Assembly (NCBI RefSeq): GCF_013340285.1
Contig: NZ_BLVO01000013.1
Span: forward strand, 13,574 to 45,573
DNA length: 32,000 bases
Reading direction: 5' to 3'
Origin: Desulfovibrio subterraneus
Lineage (GTDB): Bacteria > Desulfobacterota > Desulfovibrionia > Desulfovibrionales > Desulfovibrionaceae
In this document: positions 16,307 through 25,415 of the stretch, one piece after another
Layout of the letters: each line of letters begins with the position of its first letter
How positions within the stretch are numbered: the stretch's first letter is position 1
Position numbers and translations under genes: made by a program
The notes under the pieces: model-generated
What the model was told of the DNA's origin: nothing
What the model saw: only the letters and a program-made list of their open reading frames with translations
Databases searched by the model: none

Positions 16307-16334
16307 GAAGCGCTGTGTTTGCACACAGCGCTTC
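16307..16334 (+). terminator. Stem-loop downstream of hgcB (probable terminator; weak U-tract)
   Basis: 12-bp perfect stem GAAGCGCTGTGT / ACACAGCGCTTC with loop TTGC, followed by TGGTTAAT. Confidence 0.5.
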
Positions 16335-16459
16335 TGGTTAATGACAAAGCTGTGTTCTCAGTAAAACCACATCTCCGTTAAGCCGGAGCTGAAATTCAAA
16401 AACGGATTTTCATCGCTTATACGAGGTGCAGGAACGTTAGGTTCCTGCCCGGCGGAGCC

Positions 16460-16505
16460 AAAAAAAACCAGAAATGACCTCGTCAGCAGTCTGGTTTTTT
16501 CTTTT
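16460..16505. terminator. Bidirectional Rho-independent terminator (closes hrpB on the minus strand; has a U-tract on the plus strand as well)
   Basis: AAAAAAAACCAGA ... TCTGGTTTTTTCTTTT. The CCAGA/TCTGG stem is extended by A/T pairing, with runs of A upstream and T downstream. Confidence 0.65.
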
Positions 16506-16542
16506 ACATCCCCGCAGGATGTTCCTTCAAGCCATTCCTGAA

Positions 16543-19149
16543 TTACCCCTGCTGCATGCGTTTCGTTACATGGCGGGTGGGCCGGGCCGTGGTCGGGTCT
16601 TCGGGCCACGGGTGTCTGGGGTAGCGGCCACGCATTTCCGCCCGCACGGCAGGGTAGCCGTTTTTCCAGAAGGAGACGAGGTCGCGGGTGACCTGCAGCG
16701 GTCTTCCGGCTGGTGAGAGCAGGTGTACCAGCAGCGGGAACCGGCCACCTGCGATGGCAGGTGTTTCCTTTGCACCGAACATTTCCTGCAGTTTGACCGG
16801 CAGGGTCGGGCCGCCCTGTTCCGTATAGTCCAGCCGGATGCGGGAACCGGAAGGTACCTCAAGATGGGTGGGAGCATCCCTGTCCAGCCGTTGCTGCATG
16901 GGCCAGTCGAGCAGTGCGGTGATGGCGGCGCACAGGTCCAGAGACTTGAACTGGCTGCGGCGGGTTATGCCGTTGAGGAATGGGCCGAGCCACTGCGGGA
17001 GCGTGTCGAGCAGGGCGGTATCGGAAAGATCGGGCCAGACGGATTCCCACGCGCTGGTTGTTTCGTCCTTCGTCTCGCAGCCTGCCGCATCCACGGCGCG
17101 CAGGAATTGTATTCTGGCTCGCAGCGCTGTGGCTTCCGCTGTCCACGGGAGGCAGTGCAGCCCGATGGAACGTATCCCTTCCACCACGACATCGGTCACA
17201 TCCGCGCTGCCTGCGTCCGCCAGCGGGGCATCCGCTAATATGAGCGCGCCAAGACGCTTCTGCGAACGGGCCGCCACGGCTTCGGTCCTGCTGTCCCACA
17301 CCACGAACGAGCCTTGCGTTACGCGGTCTGCAAACAATTCTTCCAGCAGGTCGCTGCCAACGGGAGCCGCCCGCCATATGCGCGCCCGTGCGGCGTTGCC
17401 ATCCAGCTCTCCCACGGCGAGAAAGGATTCACGTGCAAGGGGATCTTCCGGAGGCAGGTAGGCTGTCTTGCCACCGGAAAGGCGGAAGGTGCCGTTGCCG
17501 CGCTGCTGGGCGATGCGGTCGGGGTAGGCAAGGGCCAGGCACTCTCCGGCCGCTTCGGGATCGGCCCGTCTGAATGCGGCGTCGGGGATGGCGTGGCGGA
17601 CTGTGCGCATGATGTGTTGCACCGTGTCGGCCATGCGGTTGCGGCCTCCGCTCATGGCGCGTTCCGGCGTGCCGGATTGCGACTGATCGGATTGCGGCTG
17701 CGTTAGGCCAGCGCATTCCGCCATGCGATGACGCATGTCCGCTCCCGTCTGTCTGCTGTCGCGGTCGGAAAGAAGCGCGGCAACAACACAGGCCGTGCCG
17801 CCTTCGCCTGAGCGTGCCGCCGTGAGAACCATGTGTCCGAGGCGCGGATGCAGGGGCAGAGAAAGCAGCTCAGAGCCATGGGGTGTTATGCGCAGGGCCT
17901 CGTCCAGTGCGCCAAGGTCGCGGAGCAGGGTGCAGGCCTGCTGGTAATTTCCTTGCGGAGGCGGCGTGAGCCACGGCAGGGCAAGTGCTCCGTCATATCC
18001 GGCAATGCCCCATGCGGCCAGCTCAAGCACAAGTGCTGCAAGGTCGGCTTCGGCGATTTCCGGTGCGGCAAAGGAGCGCATGGAATGTTCTTCTGCCACA
18101 TCCCACAGACGGTAGCAGGTGCCGGGTTCCAGACGTCCGGCACGGCCCTGCCGCTGGGTTGCGGCGGCGAGCGATACCCGTTCCGTCACCAGCCGCGTCA
18201 TGCCGCTGCCCGGATCGAAACGGGGCAGACGGGAAAGTCCGCAATCCACGACCACGCGCACGCCCTCGATGGTCAGGGACGTTTCCGCAATACTGGTTGC
18301 AAGCACCACCTTGCGTGTGCCTGCCGGTGCCGGTGTAATGGCGGCGTCCTGCTCCGATGCGCTGAGGTCTCCGTAGAACGGATGGACGCTCACATTCTCC
18401 GGCAGGGTGGTGCTTTCGAGCATGGCGGCGATGCGGCGTATTTCTCCGGCACCGGGGAGAAATACGAGAACGGAGCCCGTGTCATTGGCAAGGGCGTGCC
18501 GGATGACGGAAGCGGCGTGGGCATCATCAAGATGTACGCCGGAAGACTGCATGTGCCGACGGGGTGGCGGAACGTGGCGCACTTCTACTGGGTAAGATCG
18601 TCCCTCGCTGGAAATGACGGGGCAGGGTGTGCCGTCCCTGCCCAGCAGGGAGGCAACGGGGGCGCAGTCCAACGTGGCGGACATGACAAGCAGGCGCAGG
18701 TTGTCGCGCAGGGCGGCCTGCGATTCCGTACACAGGGCAAGGCCGAGGTCGGCGTGGATGCTGCGCTCATGAAATTCGTCGAAGATGATGATGCCGTACC
18801 CGGAAAGTTCGGGGTCTGCCTGCAGCAGGCGCGTGAGTACGCCTTCCGTCACCACTTCTATGCGGGTGGCTGCGGAAACACGGGTTTCGTGGCGAATGCG
18901 GTAGCCAACGGTTCTGCCCACCTCTTCCCCCAGAGCGCGGGCCATGAATCCGGCTGCCGCGCGGGCGGCAATGCGGCGGGGTTCAAGCACGAGGACACGC
19001 CGTTCTCCCAGCCAGCCCGCACTGAGCAGGGCAAGGGGAACGCGGGTTGTCTTACCTGCGCCGGGCGGGGCATGGAGCAGGGCATTCGGCGTATGCTCAA
19101 GGCTCGTGAGCAGATCGGGCAGTATGGTGTCTATGGGGAGTATATGCAT
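16543..19149 (-). CDS. hrpB: ATP-dependent RNA helicase HrpB (DEAH-box)
   Basis: 868 aa. Walker A APPGAGKTT, DEFHERS (DEAH-type), SATL, TSIAETSLTIEGV and QRQGRAGR, plus the HrpB-type C-terminal domain. Confidence 0.93.
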   Translation of the reverse strand: MHILPIDTILPDLLTSLEHTPNALLHAPPGAGKTTRVPLALLSAGWLGERRVLVLEPRRIAARAAAGFMARALGEEVGRTVGYRIRHETRVSAATRIEVVTEGVLTRLLQADPELSGYGIIIFDEFHERSIHADLGLALCTESQAALRDNLRLLVMSATLDCAPVASLLGRDGTPCPVISSEGRSYPVEVRHVPPPRRHMQSSGVHLDDAHAASVIRHALANDTGSVLVFLPGAGEIRRIAAMLESTTLPENVSVHPFYGDLSASEQDAAITPAPAGTRKVVLATSIAETSLTIEGVRVVVDCGLSRLPRFDPGSGMTRLVTERVSLAAATQRQGRAGRLEPGTCYRLWDVAEEHSMRSFAAPEIAEADLAALVLELAAWGIAGYDGALALPWLTPPPQGNYQQACTLLRDLGALDEALRITPHGSELLSLPLHPRLGHMVLTAARSGEGGTACVVAALLSDRDSRQTGADMRHRMAECAGLTQPQSDQSQSGTPERAMSGGRNRMADTVQHIMRTVRHAIPDAAFRRADPEAAGECLALAYPDRIAQQRGNGTFRLSGGKTAYLPPEDPLARESFLAVGELDGNAARARIWRAAPVGSDLLEELFADRVTQGSFVVWDSRTEAVAARSQKRLGALILADAPLADAGSADVTDVVVEGIRSIGLHCLPWTAEATALRARIQFLRAVDAAGCETKDETTSAWESVWPDLSDTALLDTLPQWLGPFLNGITRRSQFKSLDLCAAITALLDWPMQQRLDRDAPTHLEVPSGSRIRLDYTEQGGPTLPVKLQEMFGAKETPAIAGGRFPLLVHLLSPAGRPLQVTRDLVSFWKNGYPAVRAEMRGRYPRHPWPEDPTTARPTRHVTKRMQQG

Positions 19150-19286
19150 TCGGGCTATGGTTCCATCCTTCGGATTGGTCCTTCCGGTTCATCCTGCTGA
19201 TTCAATCTGCCGACGTATCGGGCAGCATTATTCTGCTGATGACCGGGGGATACCCGAAATGCCCAATCCTGAAAAGTCCGCCCAGC

Positions 19287-20132
19287 CTACTTCGTATAGC
19301 TGTGGATGATCTCCTCCACCTTGCCTTCTTCCTTCAGTGCGTTGAATGCTTCTCTGAACTTCTGCACCAGTTGCGGGTCCGTATCCCAGTTGAAGGCGAA
19401 ATAGGTGTCGAACGAATCAAGCAGGAACACCCGTTCATAATCGTTGGGGGTGTAGCCTGCCTGCCTGATGAAGTAGCGGGCCACGGTTTCATCATAGGCC
19501 CATGCATCCACTCTTTTTCTGTTGAGCATTTCGATAATGCTTGTGGCGTATGGGTTTTTGACGATCTTGTTGTCCAGATAGCCGTGCTTGAGCAGCATGT
19601 TGTGGGCTATGTCGTCCTGAATGGTGGCAATGGTGTAATTGTTGAGATCGTCGCCGTTGCTGACGGTGATGTGCCTGTCCTTGCGGGCCAGAACGACGAT
19701 GGTGTTGGGAGCAATGGGGCCGACCCACTGGAACAGCTGTTCCCGTTCAGGACTTCTGTTCATGGAGAACAGGCAGGTGTTGGGGGTTTCAAGCACTGTT
19801 TTGTATCCCCGCGCCCAAGGCAGTATTCTGATGCGCTTGTCATCTTCCGGCACCCGCAGGCGGGTCAGAACACTGTGGAGAATGTCCACCGAGATGCCTT
19901 TGAGGTTTCCGTTCTCGTAGTAATTATACGGAGGATAGTCTTCCGTCATGAACGTGATGGAGCCGATTGTGGCGGGCGCGGCAGCCGTATGGGGTTCGCC
20001 TGCAGCCTGCGGCGGGGCGCTCCATGCCGGTGACGGATTGAATGTCAGCCACAGGCAGGTGAGGGCAACTGTGTAAAATGACAGAGCAAGCACGCTTCTG
20101 CATAACCTGAACAGGGGGATGATGACTGGCAT
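19287..20132 (-). CDS. Periplasmic substrate-binding protein, family 3 (amino-acid ABC-type SBP fold), orphan
   Basis: Signal-like N-terminus (MPVIIPLFRLCRSVLALSFYTVALTC) and an SBP_bac_3-like core (YPPYNYYENGNLKGISVDIL, WARGYK, VDAWAYDE). The start at 20132 is chosen for its AGAGGTG Shine-Dalgarno-like element; the track start at 20243 is possible. No permease or ATPase gene is nearby. Confidence 0.78.
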   Translation of the reverse strand: MPVIIPLFRLCRSVLALSFYTVALTCLWLTFNPSPAWSAPPQAAGEPHTAAAPATIGSITFMTEDYPPYNYYENGNLKGISVDILHSVLTRLRVPEDDKRIRILPWARGYKTVLETPNTCLFSMNRSPEREQLFQWVGPIAPNTIVVLARKDRHITVSNGDDLNNYTIATIQDDIAHNMLLKHGYLDNKIVKNPYATSIIEMLNRKRVDAWAYDETVARYFIRQAGYTPNDYERVFLLDSFDTYFAFNWDTDPQLVQKFREAFNALKEEGKVEEIIHSYTK

Positions 20133-20361
20133 GGCACACCTCTGCTGATAAGGGGTTTTTACCACTATATCCTGAAAAGGGGGGGCAGAGGCAATGAGAG
20201 AATGCAGAGGAGGCAAGGTTATCATTATCCTCCGTACCCACATGCCGGGCGGTGCGCTGCGTGAGGGAAGCGGGCAACGATAGAGCCTTCAGGTGAGGGC
20301 AGATCTCCGGGCGGTGCGGAGTGGCAGGTGACCTGCTGCAGAAAGGGGGCGGGCGGCTTCG

Positions 20362-21234
20362 CTACGGAATGTAGCGATGGATTATTTCGTCAACATCTCC
20401 ATGCGCTTTTATGGTGTCAAAGGCACGTTGAAATGTACTGATGATGTGGTCAGGTGTTTCAATATTGAAGGCAAAGTAGAGTTCTGCCTGCGTAAGCACA
20501 AATACGGATTCGAATTCGTGCGGATCATGCCCGCACTTGCGAATGAAGAACGAAGCGACAGATTCCTCATATGCCCATGCATCCACTCTTTTTTTAAGCA
20601 TCATTTCTATGATGCCCTCTGCATATGGATTGGTTGTCAGTTTTGCGAGCGGCTGCCCGTTCTTGACCAGCAGGGTATGCCCGATGTCGTCAGGCAGGGC
20701 GGCAATGGTGTATTTCTTCAGATCGGCAAGTTGCCGGATGATCAGGTGCGCACTTTTGGGGGCCATAATGGCAATGGTTGTGGGCATGATGGGACCCACC
20801 CACCGGAACAGGTGTTCGCGGTCGGGGGTGCGCGTCATTACGAAAAGACAGGTGCCCGGAGTCTGCAGCACGGTCTTGTAGGCCCGCGCCCACGGAAGGT
20901 GCCGGACATTGTTTGAGGAAATGGTGGCATTCATTTCCTTCAGCATCCCATTCAGAATATCAATGGAGATGCCCTTGAGTCGTCCTCCGTCACGATAGTT
21001 GAACGGGGGGTACTGCTCGGTCATGAAATAGATATCGTTGATGGTGCTCCGGGCAGAAGGGATTTTCGGCGTGTTTGTCAGGGATGGGGAGAACGGCGTG
21101 GCTTGTGACGGGCCGGAGGCGAGAGCCTCCTGCACGGGCAGGAGGGGATTAAGTGCACATAACACCAGACAGCTCGCTGTCAGAAATGTGATGAGCACCT
21201 TTGACCATTGTATGCAGGGAATGGTGTGCCGCAT
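20362..21234 (-). CDS. Periplasmic substrate-binding protein, family 3, paralog of the adjacent gene
   Basis: Collinear with the neighbouring SBP (FMTEQYPPFNYRDGGRLKGISIDIL, LPWARAYKTVLQTPGTCLF, KRVDAWAYEESVA, DEIIHRY). The start is ambiguous (21234, 21255 or 21282). Confidence 0.78.
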   Translation of the reverse strand: MRHTIPCIQWSKVLITFLTASCLVLCALNPLLPVQEALASGPSQATPFSPSLTNTPKIPSARSTINDIYFMTEQYPPFNYRDGGRLKGISIDILNGMLKEMNATISSNNVRHLPWARAYKTVLQTPGTCLFVMTRTPDREHLFRWVGPIMPTTIAIMAPKSAHLIIRQLADLKKYTIAALPDDIGHTLLVKNGQPLAKLTTNPYAEGIIEMMLKKRVDAWAYEESVASFFIRKCGHDPHEFESVFVLTQAELYFAFNIETPDHIISTFQRAFDTIKAHGDVDEIIHRYIP

Positions 21235-21405
21235 TGATTCCCGCTTGAAATGCATGCTTGTTCTCAGAAGATAATGCGACACTACACCATTACTCTGTCC
21301 ATTTCGAGAAAAAAATCAGGGCTTACAGGAAATGTGGGCATGTCTGCCTGTCGGGGTGTGACTGCATGCAAAGTGAGTGGTTCACATTTTTTCTGCTGCG
21401 AACCC

Positions 21406-21432
21406 TTGACGTGGTGCTTGCAGAGGTATAAT
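21406..21432 (+). promoter_or_regulatory. Sigma70-type promoter candidate for the usp gene
   Basis: TTGACG (21406-21411), a 15-nt spacer, then TATAAT (21427-21432), about 50 nt upstream of the ATG. The spacer is short (16 nt if the -35 is read as CTTGAC). Confidence 0.45.
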
Positions 21433-21483
21433 TGTTTGATCACACAGTCAGTGGGCATAATCATTTTTTCGGAGGAAAGCGCA

Positions 21484-22008
21484 ATGGAACTACCTATTCT
21501 CAACAATTTTCTGGTCCCGGTTGATGGCGGCGAATCTTCCCGCAGGGCAAAGCGGTATGCAGTGGCACTCGCGCAGAAGTGCGGCGCCAAGGTGATTCTT
21601 TTCTACGCACACGGCCAGATTTCCGGCCGCATCGGCGGTGAAGACCGTCAGAAAGTAGTGCAGAAGAATCTCGAAGGCATCGACAAGGTTTTCGCCATCT
21701 ACGAAGACGGCTTCAAGGAAGCCGGAGTTGAATTTGAAACCGTGGTTGCTTCCGGTGAACCGTCGGAAGCCATCATCAAGGCCGCCTGTGAACACAACTG
21801 CGGCATGATCATCATGGGTGCCAAGGGGCAGACCGGCATGCGCAAGGTGCTTGGCTCCGTGGCAAGCAAGGTGAGCTCCACCAGCCCCATTCCCGTGCTC
21901 GTAGTGGGTACTGAATGTGACTGCACCAATTCCTGCGGCAAGGAATGCATGTGGAAGTGGCGTTTTGAGCCGGTTCCCAACCTGCAGGAAAAGTGCTGCA
22001 GACAGTAG
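21484..22008 (+). CDS. Universal stress protein (UspA family) with Cys-rich C-terminal tail
   Basis: The start at 21484 follows a GGAGGA Shine-Dalgarno. Contains NFLVPVDGGESS and IIMGAKGQTGMRKVLGSVASKV (the ATP-binding G-x2-G-x9-G-S motif). The tail reads GTECDCTNSCGKECMWKWRFEPVPNLQEKCCRQ. The track's upstream extension from 21250 is not credible. Confidence 0.88.
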   Translation: MELPILNNFLVPVDGGESSRRAKRYAVALAQKCGAKVILFYAHGQISGRIGGEDRQKVVQKNLEGIDKVFAIYEDGFKEAGVEFETVVASGEPSEAIIKAACEHNCGMIIMGAKGQTGMRKVLGSVASKVSSTSPIPVLVVGTECDCTNSCGKECMWKWRFEPVPNLQEKCCRQ

Positions 22009-22033
22009 CCATTGGCAGTATGGCTGAATACAC

Positions 22034-22064
22034 GCCCGGAATCGAAAGATTCCGGGCTTTTTTT
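22034..22064 (+). terminator. Rho-independent terminator after usp
   Basis: GCCCGGAATC-GAAA-GATTCCGGGC: a 10-bp perfect stem with a GAAA tetraloop, followed by TTTTTTT. Confidence 0.85.
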
Positions 22065-22352
22065 ATTGCATTAATTCGAATGGATATGAAAATAAGTGCA
22101 AAATTAAAAACCAAATTGATGTTTTCCATTAAAACTTTGATGTAAAGTTGACGAAAATGGTCTGTGTGCGCTAGAAAAACTGCAGCTTGACCACACGGGA
22201 TTTGATCAGGTCTGCGCAGAATGCATGAGCAGGCAGAACCTACGTGTGTCTGCTCATTGTCTATGTTTCCGTCGCTGTGGTATTATGCCGGACCGTTCCG
22301 GTGCGGCCGCGGAAAAGAACGACGCCACGCTTTCTTTGAAGGAGACGAGAGT

Positions 22353-24152
22353 ATGCAGCTGGATGTGAACAACATTAAAACGTTGGACCCCAAGGATCAT
22401 CCTGACTGGGAAGTCGCGCAGGACGCCGAATCCCGCATGAAGACCATATATAAGCTTGGTGACGAGATGGGCCTTGAGGAGCGCGAGCTGCTGCCCTATG
22501 GTCACTACATGGGCAAAATTGATTACCGCAGCGTGCTCAAGCGCCTTGCGGACAAGCCTAACGGCAAGTTCGTGAACGTAACCGCCATCAACCCCACACC
22601 GCTGGGCGAAGGCAAGTCCACCACCACCATCGGCCTGGTGCAGGGCCTCGGCCGCAGGGGCAAAAAGGCTTCTGCCGCCATCCGCCAGCCCTCCGGCGGC
22701 CCCACCATGGGGGTGAAAGGCTCCGCCGCAGGCGGCGGCCGCTCGCAGTGCATTCCGCTCACGCCGTTTTCTCTCGGCTTCACCGGCGACATTAACGCCA
22801 TCATGAACGCCCACAACCTTGCCATGACCGCGCTTACCGCGCGCATGCAGCATGAGCGCAACTATTCCGACGAAAAGCTGCTCAAGCTTTCCGGCATGCC
22901 GCGCCTTGACGTGGACCCCACCCGCATCTCCATGGGCTGGGTCATAGACTACTGTGCGCAGGCGCTGCGTAACATCGTCATCGGCATGGACGGCGTGAAC
23001 GGTGCGCAGGACGGCTACATGATGCGCTCCAAGTTCGATATCGCCGTATCGTCCGAAGTCATGGCCATTCTTGCCGTTTCCAAGGACCTGAAGGACCTGC
23101 GCGAGCGCATGGGCAAGATCATCATGTGCTACGACAAGTTCGGCAAGCCGCTCACCACCAAGGATTTCGAGGTGGATGGCGCCATGACCGCATGGCTTGT
23201 GGATGCCGTGAACCCCAACCTTATCCAGACGCTCGAAGGCCAGCCCGTTATCGTGCATGCCGGTCCCTTCGCCAACATCGCCATCGGCCAGAGCTCCATC
23301 ATCGCCGATCAGGTGGGTCTCAAACTTTCCGACTATCATGTCACGGAATCCGGCTTCGGTGCCGACATCGGCTACGAGAAGTTCTGGAACCTCAAGTGCC
23401 ACTACAGCGGCCTTACGCCCGATGCCTCGGTTGTCGTGGCCACGGTGCGCGCGCTCAAGTGTCATGGCGGTGCGCCCATGCCCGTCCCCGGTAAGAAGCT
23501 GCCGGAAGCCTATACCACCGAGAACGTGGAATGGGTGGAAAAGGGCTGCGCCAACCTGCTGCACCATGTGAACATCGTGAAGAAATCCGGTGTATCCCCC
23601 GTGGTGTGCATCAACGCCTTTGTCACGGACACCCCGAACGAGATCAGAAAGATCCGCGAACTGTGCGAGGCCGCCGGTGCCCGCGTGGCTGTTTCCAAGC
23701 ACTGGGAATACGGCGGCGAAGGAGCGCTTGAGCTGGCAGATGCCGTTATGGACGCCTGCAACGACAAGACTACCTTCACCCCGCTGTATGACTGGTCCAT
23801 GCCTATGCGTCAGCGTATCGAAAAGGTGGCAACGGAAGTCTACGGCGCAGACGGCGTGGATTATTCATTTGAAGCCAAGGCTCGTCTCGAATCCATCGAG
23901 AACGATACCGAGCTTTCCAAGCTTGGCCTGTGCATGGTCAAGACGCACCTCTCGCTTTCCGACGATCCCACCCTCAAGGGTGTACCCAAGGGCTGGAGGC
24001 TCAAAGTGCGCGATGTGCTCACCTTCGGCGGGGCCGGATTCGTGGTGCCTGTGGCCGGTTCCATATCCCTCATGCCGGGAACGGGGTCAAACCCCTCGTT
24101 CAGGCGCATAGACGTGGATACGGATACGGGCCGCGTGGAAGGATTGTTCTAA
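22353..24152 (+). CDS. fhs: Formate--tetrahydrofolate ligase
   Basis: 599 aa from the ATG at 22353 (GAAGGAGA Shine-Dalgarno). Contains the P-loop [24 protein letters not shown] and [11 protein letters not shown]. The track ORF start at 22221 is an upstream artefact. Confidence 0.97.
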   Translation: MQLDVNNIKTLDPKDHPDWEVAQDAESRMKTIYKLGDEMGLEERELLPYGHYMGKIDYRSVLKRLADKPNGKFVNVTAINPTPLGEGKSTTTIGLVQGLGRRGKKASAAIRQPSGGPTMGVKGSAAGGGRSQCIPLTPFSLGFTGDINAIMNAHNLAMTALTARMQHERNYSDEKLLKLSGMPRLDVDPTRISMGWVIDYCAQALRNIVIGMDGVNGAQDGYMMRSKFDIAVSSEVMAILAVSKDLKDLRERMGKIIMCYDKFGKPLTTKDFEVDGAMTAWLVDAVNPNLIQTLEGQPVIVHAGPFANIAIGQSSIIADQVGLKLSDYHVTESGFGADIGYEKFWNLKCHYSGLTPDASVVVATVRALKCHGGAPMPVPGKKLPEAYTTENVEWVEKGCANLLHHVNIVKKSGVSPVVCINAFVTDTPNEIRKIRELCEAAGARVAVSKHWEYGGEGALELADAVMDACNDKTTFTPLYDWSMPMRQRIEKVATEVYGADGVDYSFEAKARLESIENDTELSKLGLCMVKTHLSLSDDPTLKGVPKGWRLKVRDVLTFGGAGFVVPVAGSISLMPGTGSNPSFRRIDVDTDTGRVEGLF

Positions 24153-24154
24153 GA

Positions 24155-24186
24155 GAACGCCGGGGACAGCAATGTCTCCGGCGTTT
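24155..24186 (+). terminator. Stem-loop after fhs (probable terminator)
   Basis: GAACGCCGGGGACA-GCAA-TGTCTCCGGCGTTT (one G-U pair), followed by CTGCTG. The U-tract is weak. Confidence 0.45.
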
Positions 24187-24365
24187 CTGCTGTGCAGAGC
24201 AGGCCGGTGTGCCTCCTCACCCGCCGGCCTGCCTCATGCATTCTGTCGTACCTTCACAGCCCGTTCACAGACTCTTCTCGGTCCCTTGCGGGTGCGCATC
24301 CCGTGCGGATGGTGTACCCTTGTCTCGGGCCGAAAGGGCTGTACCTTGGCTGAGCAAATTGCGGG

Positions 24366-24394
24366 TTGACAGGGTGTCGCGTCTGGGCAATACC
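24366..24394 (+). promoter_or_regulatory. Possible sigma70 promoter for folD
   Basis: Consensus -35 TTGACA at 24366-24371, a 17-nt spacer, then a weak -10 AATACC. About 45 nt upstream of the folD ATG. Confidence 0.3.
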
Positions 24395-24439
24395 GTGCGC
24401 GGCACGACATCATACATATTTACGTCACGGGAGCCTGCC

Positions 24440-25354
24440 ATGAGCGCGGAAATTATCAGCGGCACCGACATGCGTACCGCCATTCTGGAAGAACTTGCCT
24501 CTGAAGTTGAGGCAATGAAGGCCAAGCACGGCAAGGTTCCGGGGCTGGTCACCATTCTGGTGGGTGAAAACCCCGCCTCGGTCAGCTATGTCACCCTGAA
24601 GGTGAAAACAGCCCTCAAGCTGGGCTTTCACGAAATTCAGGACAGCCAGCCCGAGTCCATTTCAGAAGAGGAGCTTCTCGCCCTCATCGAACGGTACAAT
24701 CAGGACCCGGATATTCATGGCATTCTGGTGCAGCTGCCCCTGCCCAAGCACATCAACGAAGAAAAGGTCATCTACGCCATCAATCCTGACAAGGACGTGG
24801 ACGGCTTTCACCCCGTCAACCTCGGCCGCATGGTCATAGGCGGCGACAACGGCGGGTTCCTTCCCTGCACGCCTGCGGGCATTCAGGAAATGATCGTGCG
24901 TTCCGGTACCGAGACCAGCGGTGCGGAAGTGGTTGTTGTGGGCCGCTCCAACATCGTGGGCAAGCCCATTTCCGTCATGATGGGCCAGAAGGGCCGTGGC
25001 GCGAACAGCACCGTCACCATGGTGCACACCCGCACCCATGACATTGCCGAACACTGCAAGCGTGCCGATATTCTTATCGTTGCCGCCGGTGTTCCCGGTC
25101 TGGTGAAGCCCGACTGGATCAAGCCCGGTGCCACCGTTATCGACGTGGGCGTGAACCGCGTGGGTACCAGCACCACGGGCAAGGCCATTCTTTCCGGCGA
25201 TGTGGATTTTGCCGAGGCCTGCAAGGTTGCCGGCAAGATCACGCCTGTTCCCGGCGGCGTGGGTCCCATGACCATTGCCATGCTGATGAAGAACACCGTA
25301 AAGTCGGCCTGGATGCATCTTGAACGCACAATGGCCGACACCCTGCCCAGATAG
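24440..25354 (+). CDS. folD: Bifunctional 5,10-methylene-tetrahydrofolate dehydrogenase / 5,10-methenyl-tetrahydrofolate cyclohydrolase
   Basis: 304 aa from the ATG at 24440. Contains PGLVTILVGENPASVSYV, GILVQLPLP, VVVGRSNIVGKP and PVPGGVGPMTIAMLM. The track ORF (from 23930) overlaps the end of fhs and is too long. Confidence 0.96.
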   Translation: MSAEIISGTDMRTAILEELASEVEAMKAKHGKVPGLVTILVGENPASVSYVTLKVKTALKLGFHEIQDSQPESISEEELLALIERYNQDPDIHGILVQLPLPKHINEEKVIYAINPDKDVDGFHPVNLGRMVIGGDNGGFLPCTPAGIQEMIVRSGTETSGAEVVVVGRSNIVGKPISVMMGQKGRGANSTVTMVHTRTHDIAEHCKRADILIVAAGVPGLVKPDWIKPGATVIDVGVNRVGTSTTGKAILSGDVDFAEACKVAGKITPVPGGVGPMTIAMLMKNTVKSAWMHLERTMADTLPR

Positions 25355-25364
25355 TATGTTTCAG

Positions 25365-25403
25365 CGCCGCCCCGCAGACGCGGGGCGGCGTATTCCTTTC
25401 TTT
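25365..25403 (+). terminator. Rho-independent terminator or attenuator between folD and the FDH genes
   Basis: CGCCGCCCCGC-AGAC-GCGGGGCGGCG: an 11-bp perfect stem followed by TATTCCTTTCTTT. Confidence 0.6.
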
Positions 25404-25415
25404 ACCGGAGAGCCG

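Noticed and set aside
17833-19200. 455-aa plus-strand ORF, plus several 60-200 aa ORFs across 16.5-19.2 kb
   Set aside because: They are antisense or out-of-frame shadows of hrpB, whose helicase motifs are unambiguous on the minus strand.
22254-23702. 482-aa minus-strand ORF
   Set aside because: It is antisense to fhs and has low-complexity Gly/Ala/His-rich content.
24187-24439. Possible ZTP (pfl-motif) or THF riboswitch in the 250-nt leader of folD, and likewise upstream of fhs (22065-22352)
   Set aside because: These genes are classic targets of such riboswitches. The folD leader contains CGCGTCTGGGCA, which resembles the ZTP 3' element. However, I could not find the paired 5' subdomain or pseudoknot partner, and the segment is better explained as the spacer of a TTGACA-N17 promoter. 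A covariance-model scan (Rfam pfl, THF, THF-II) would settle it.
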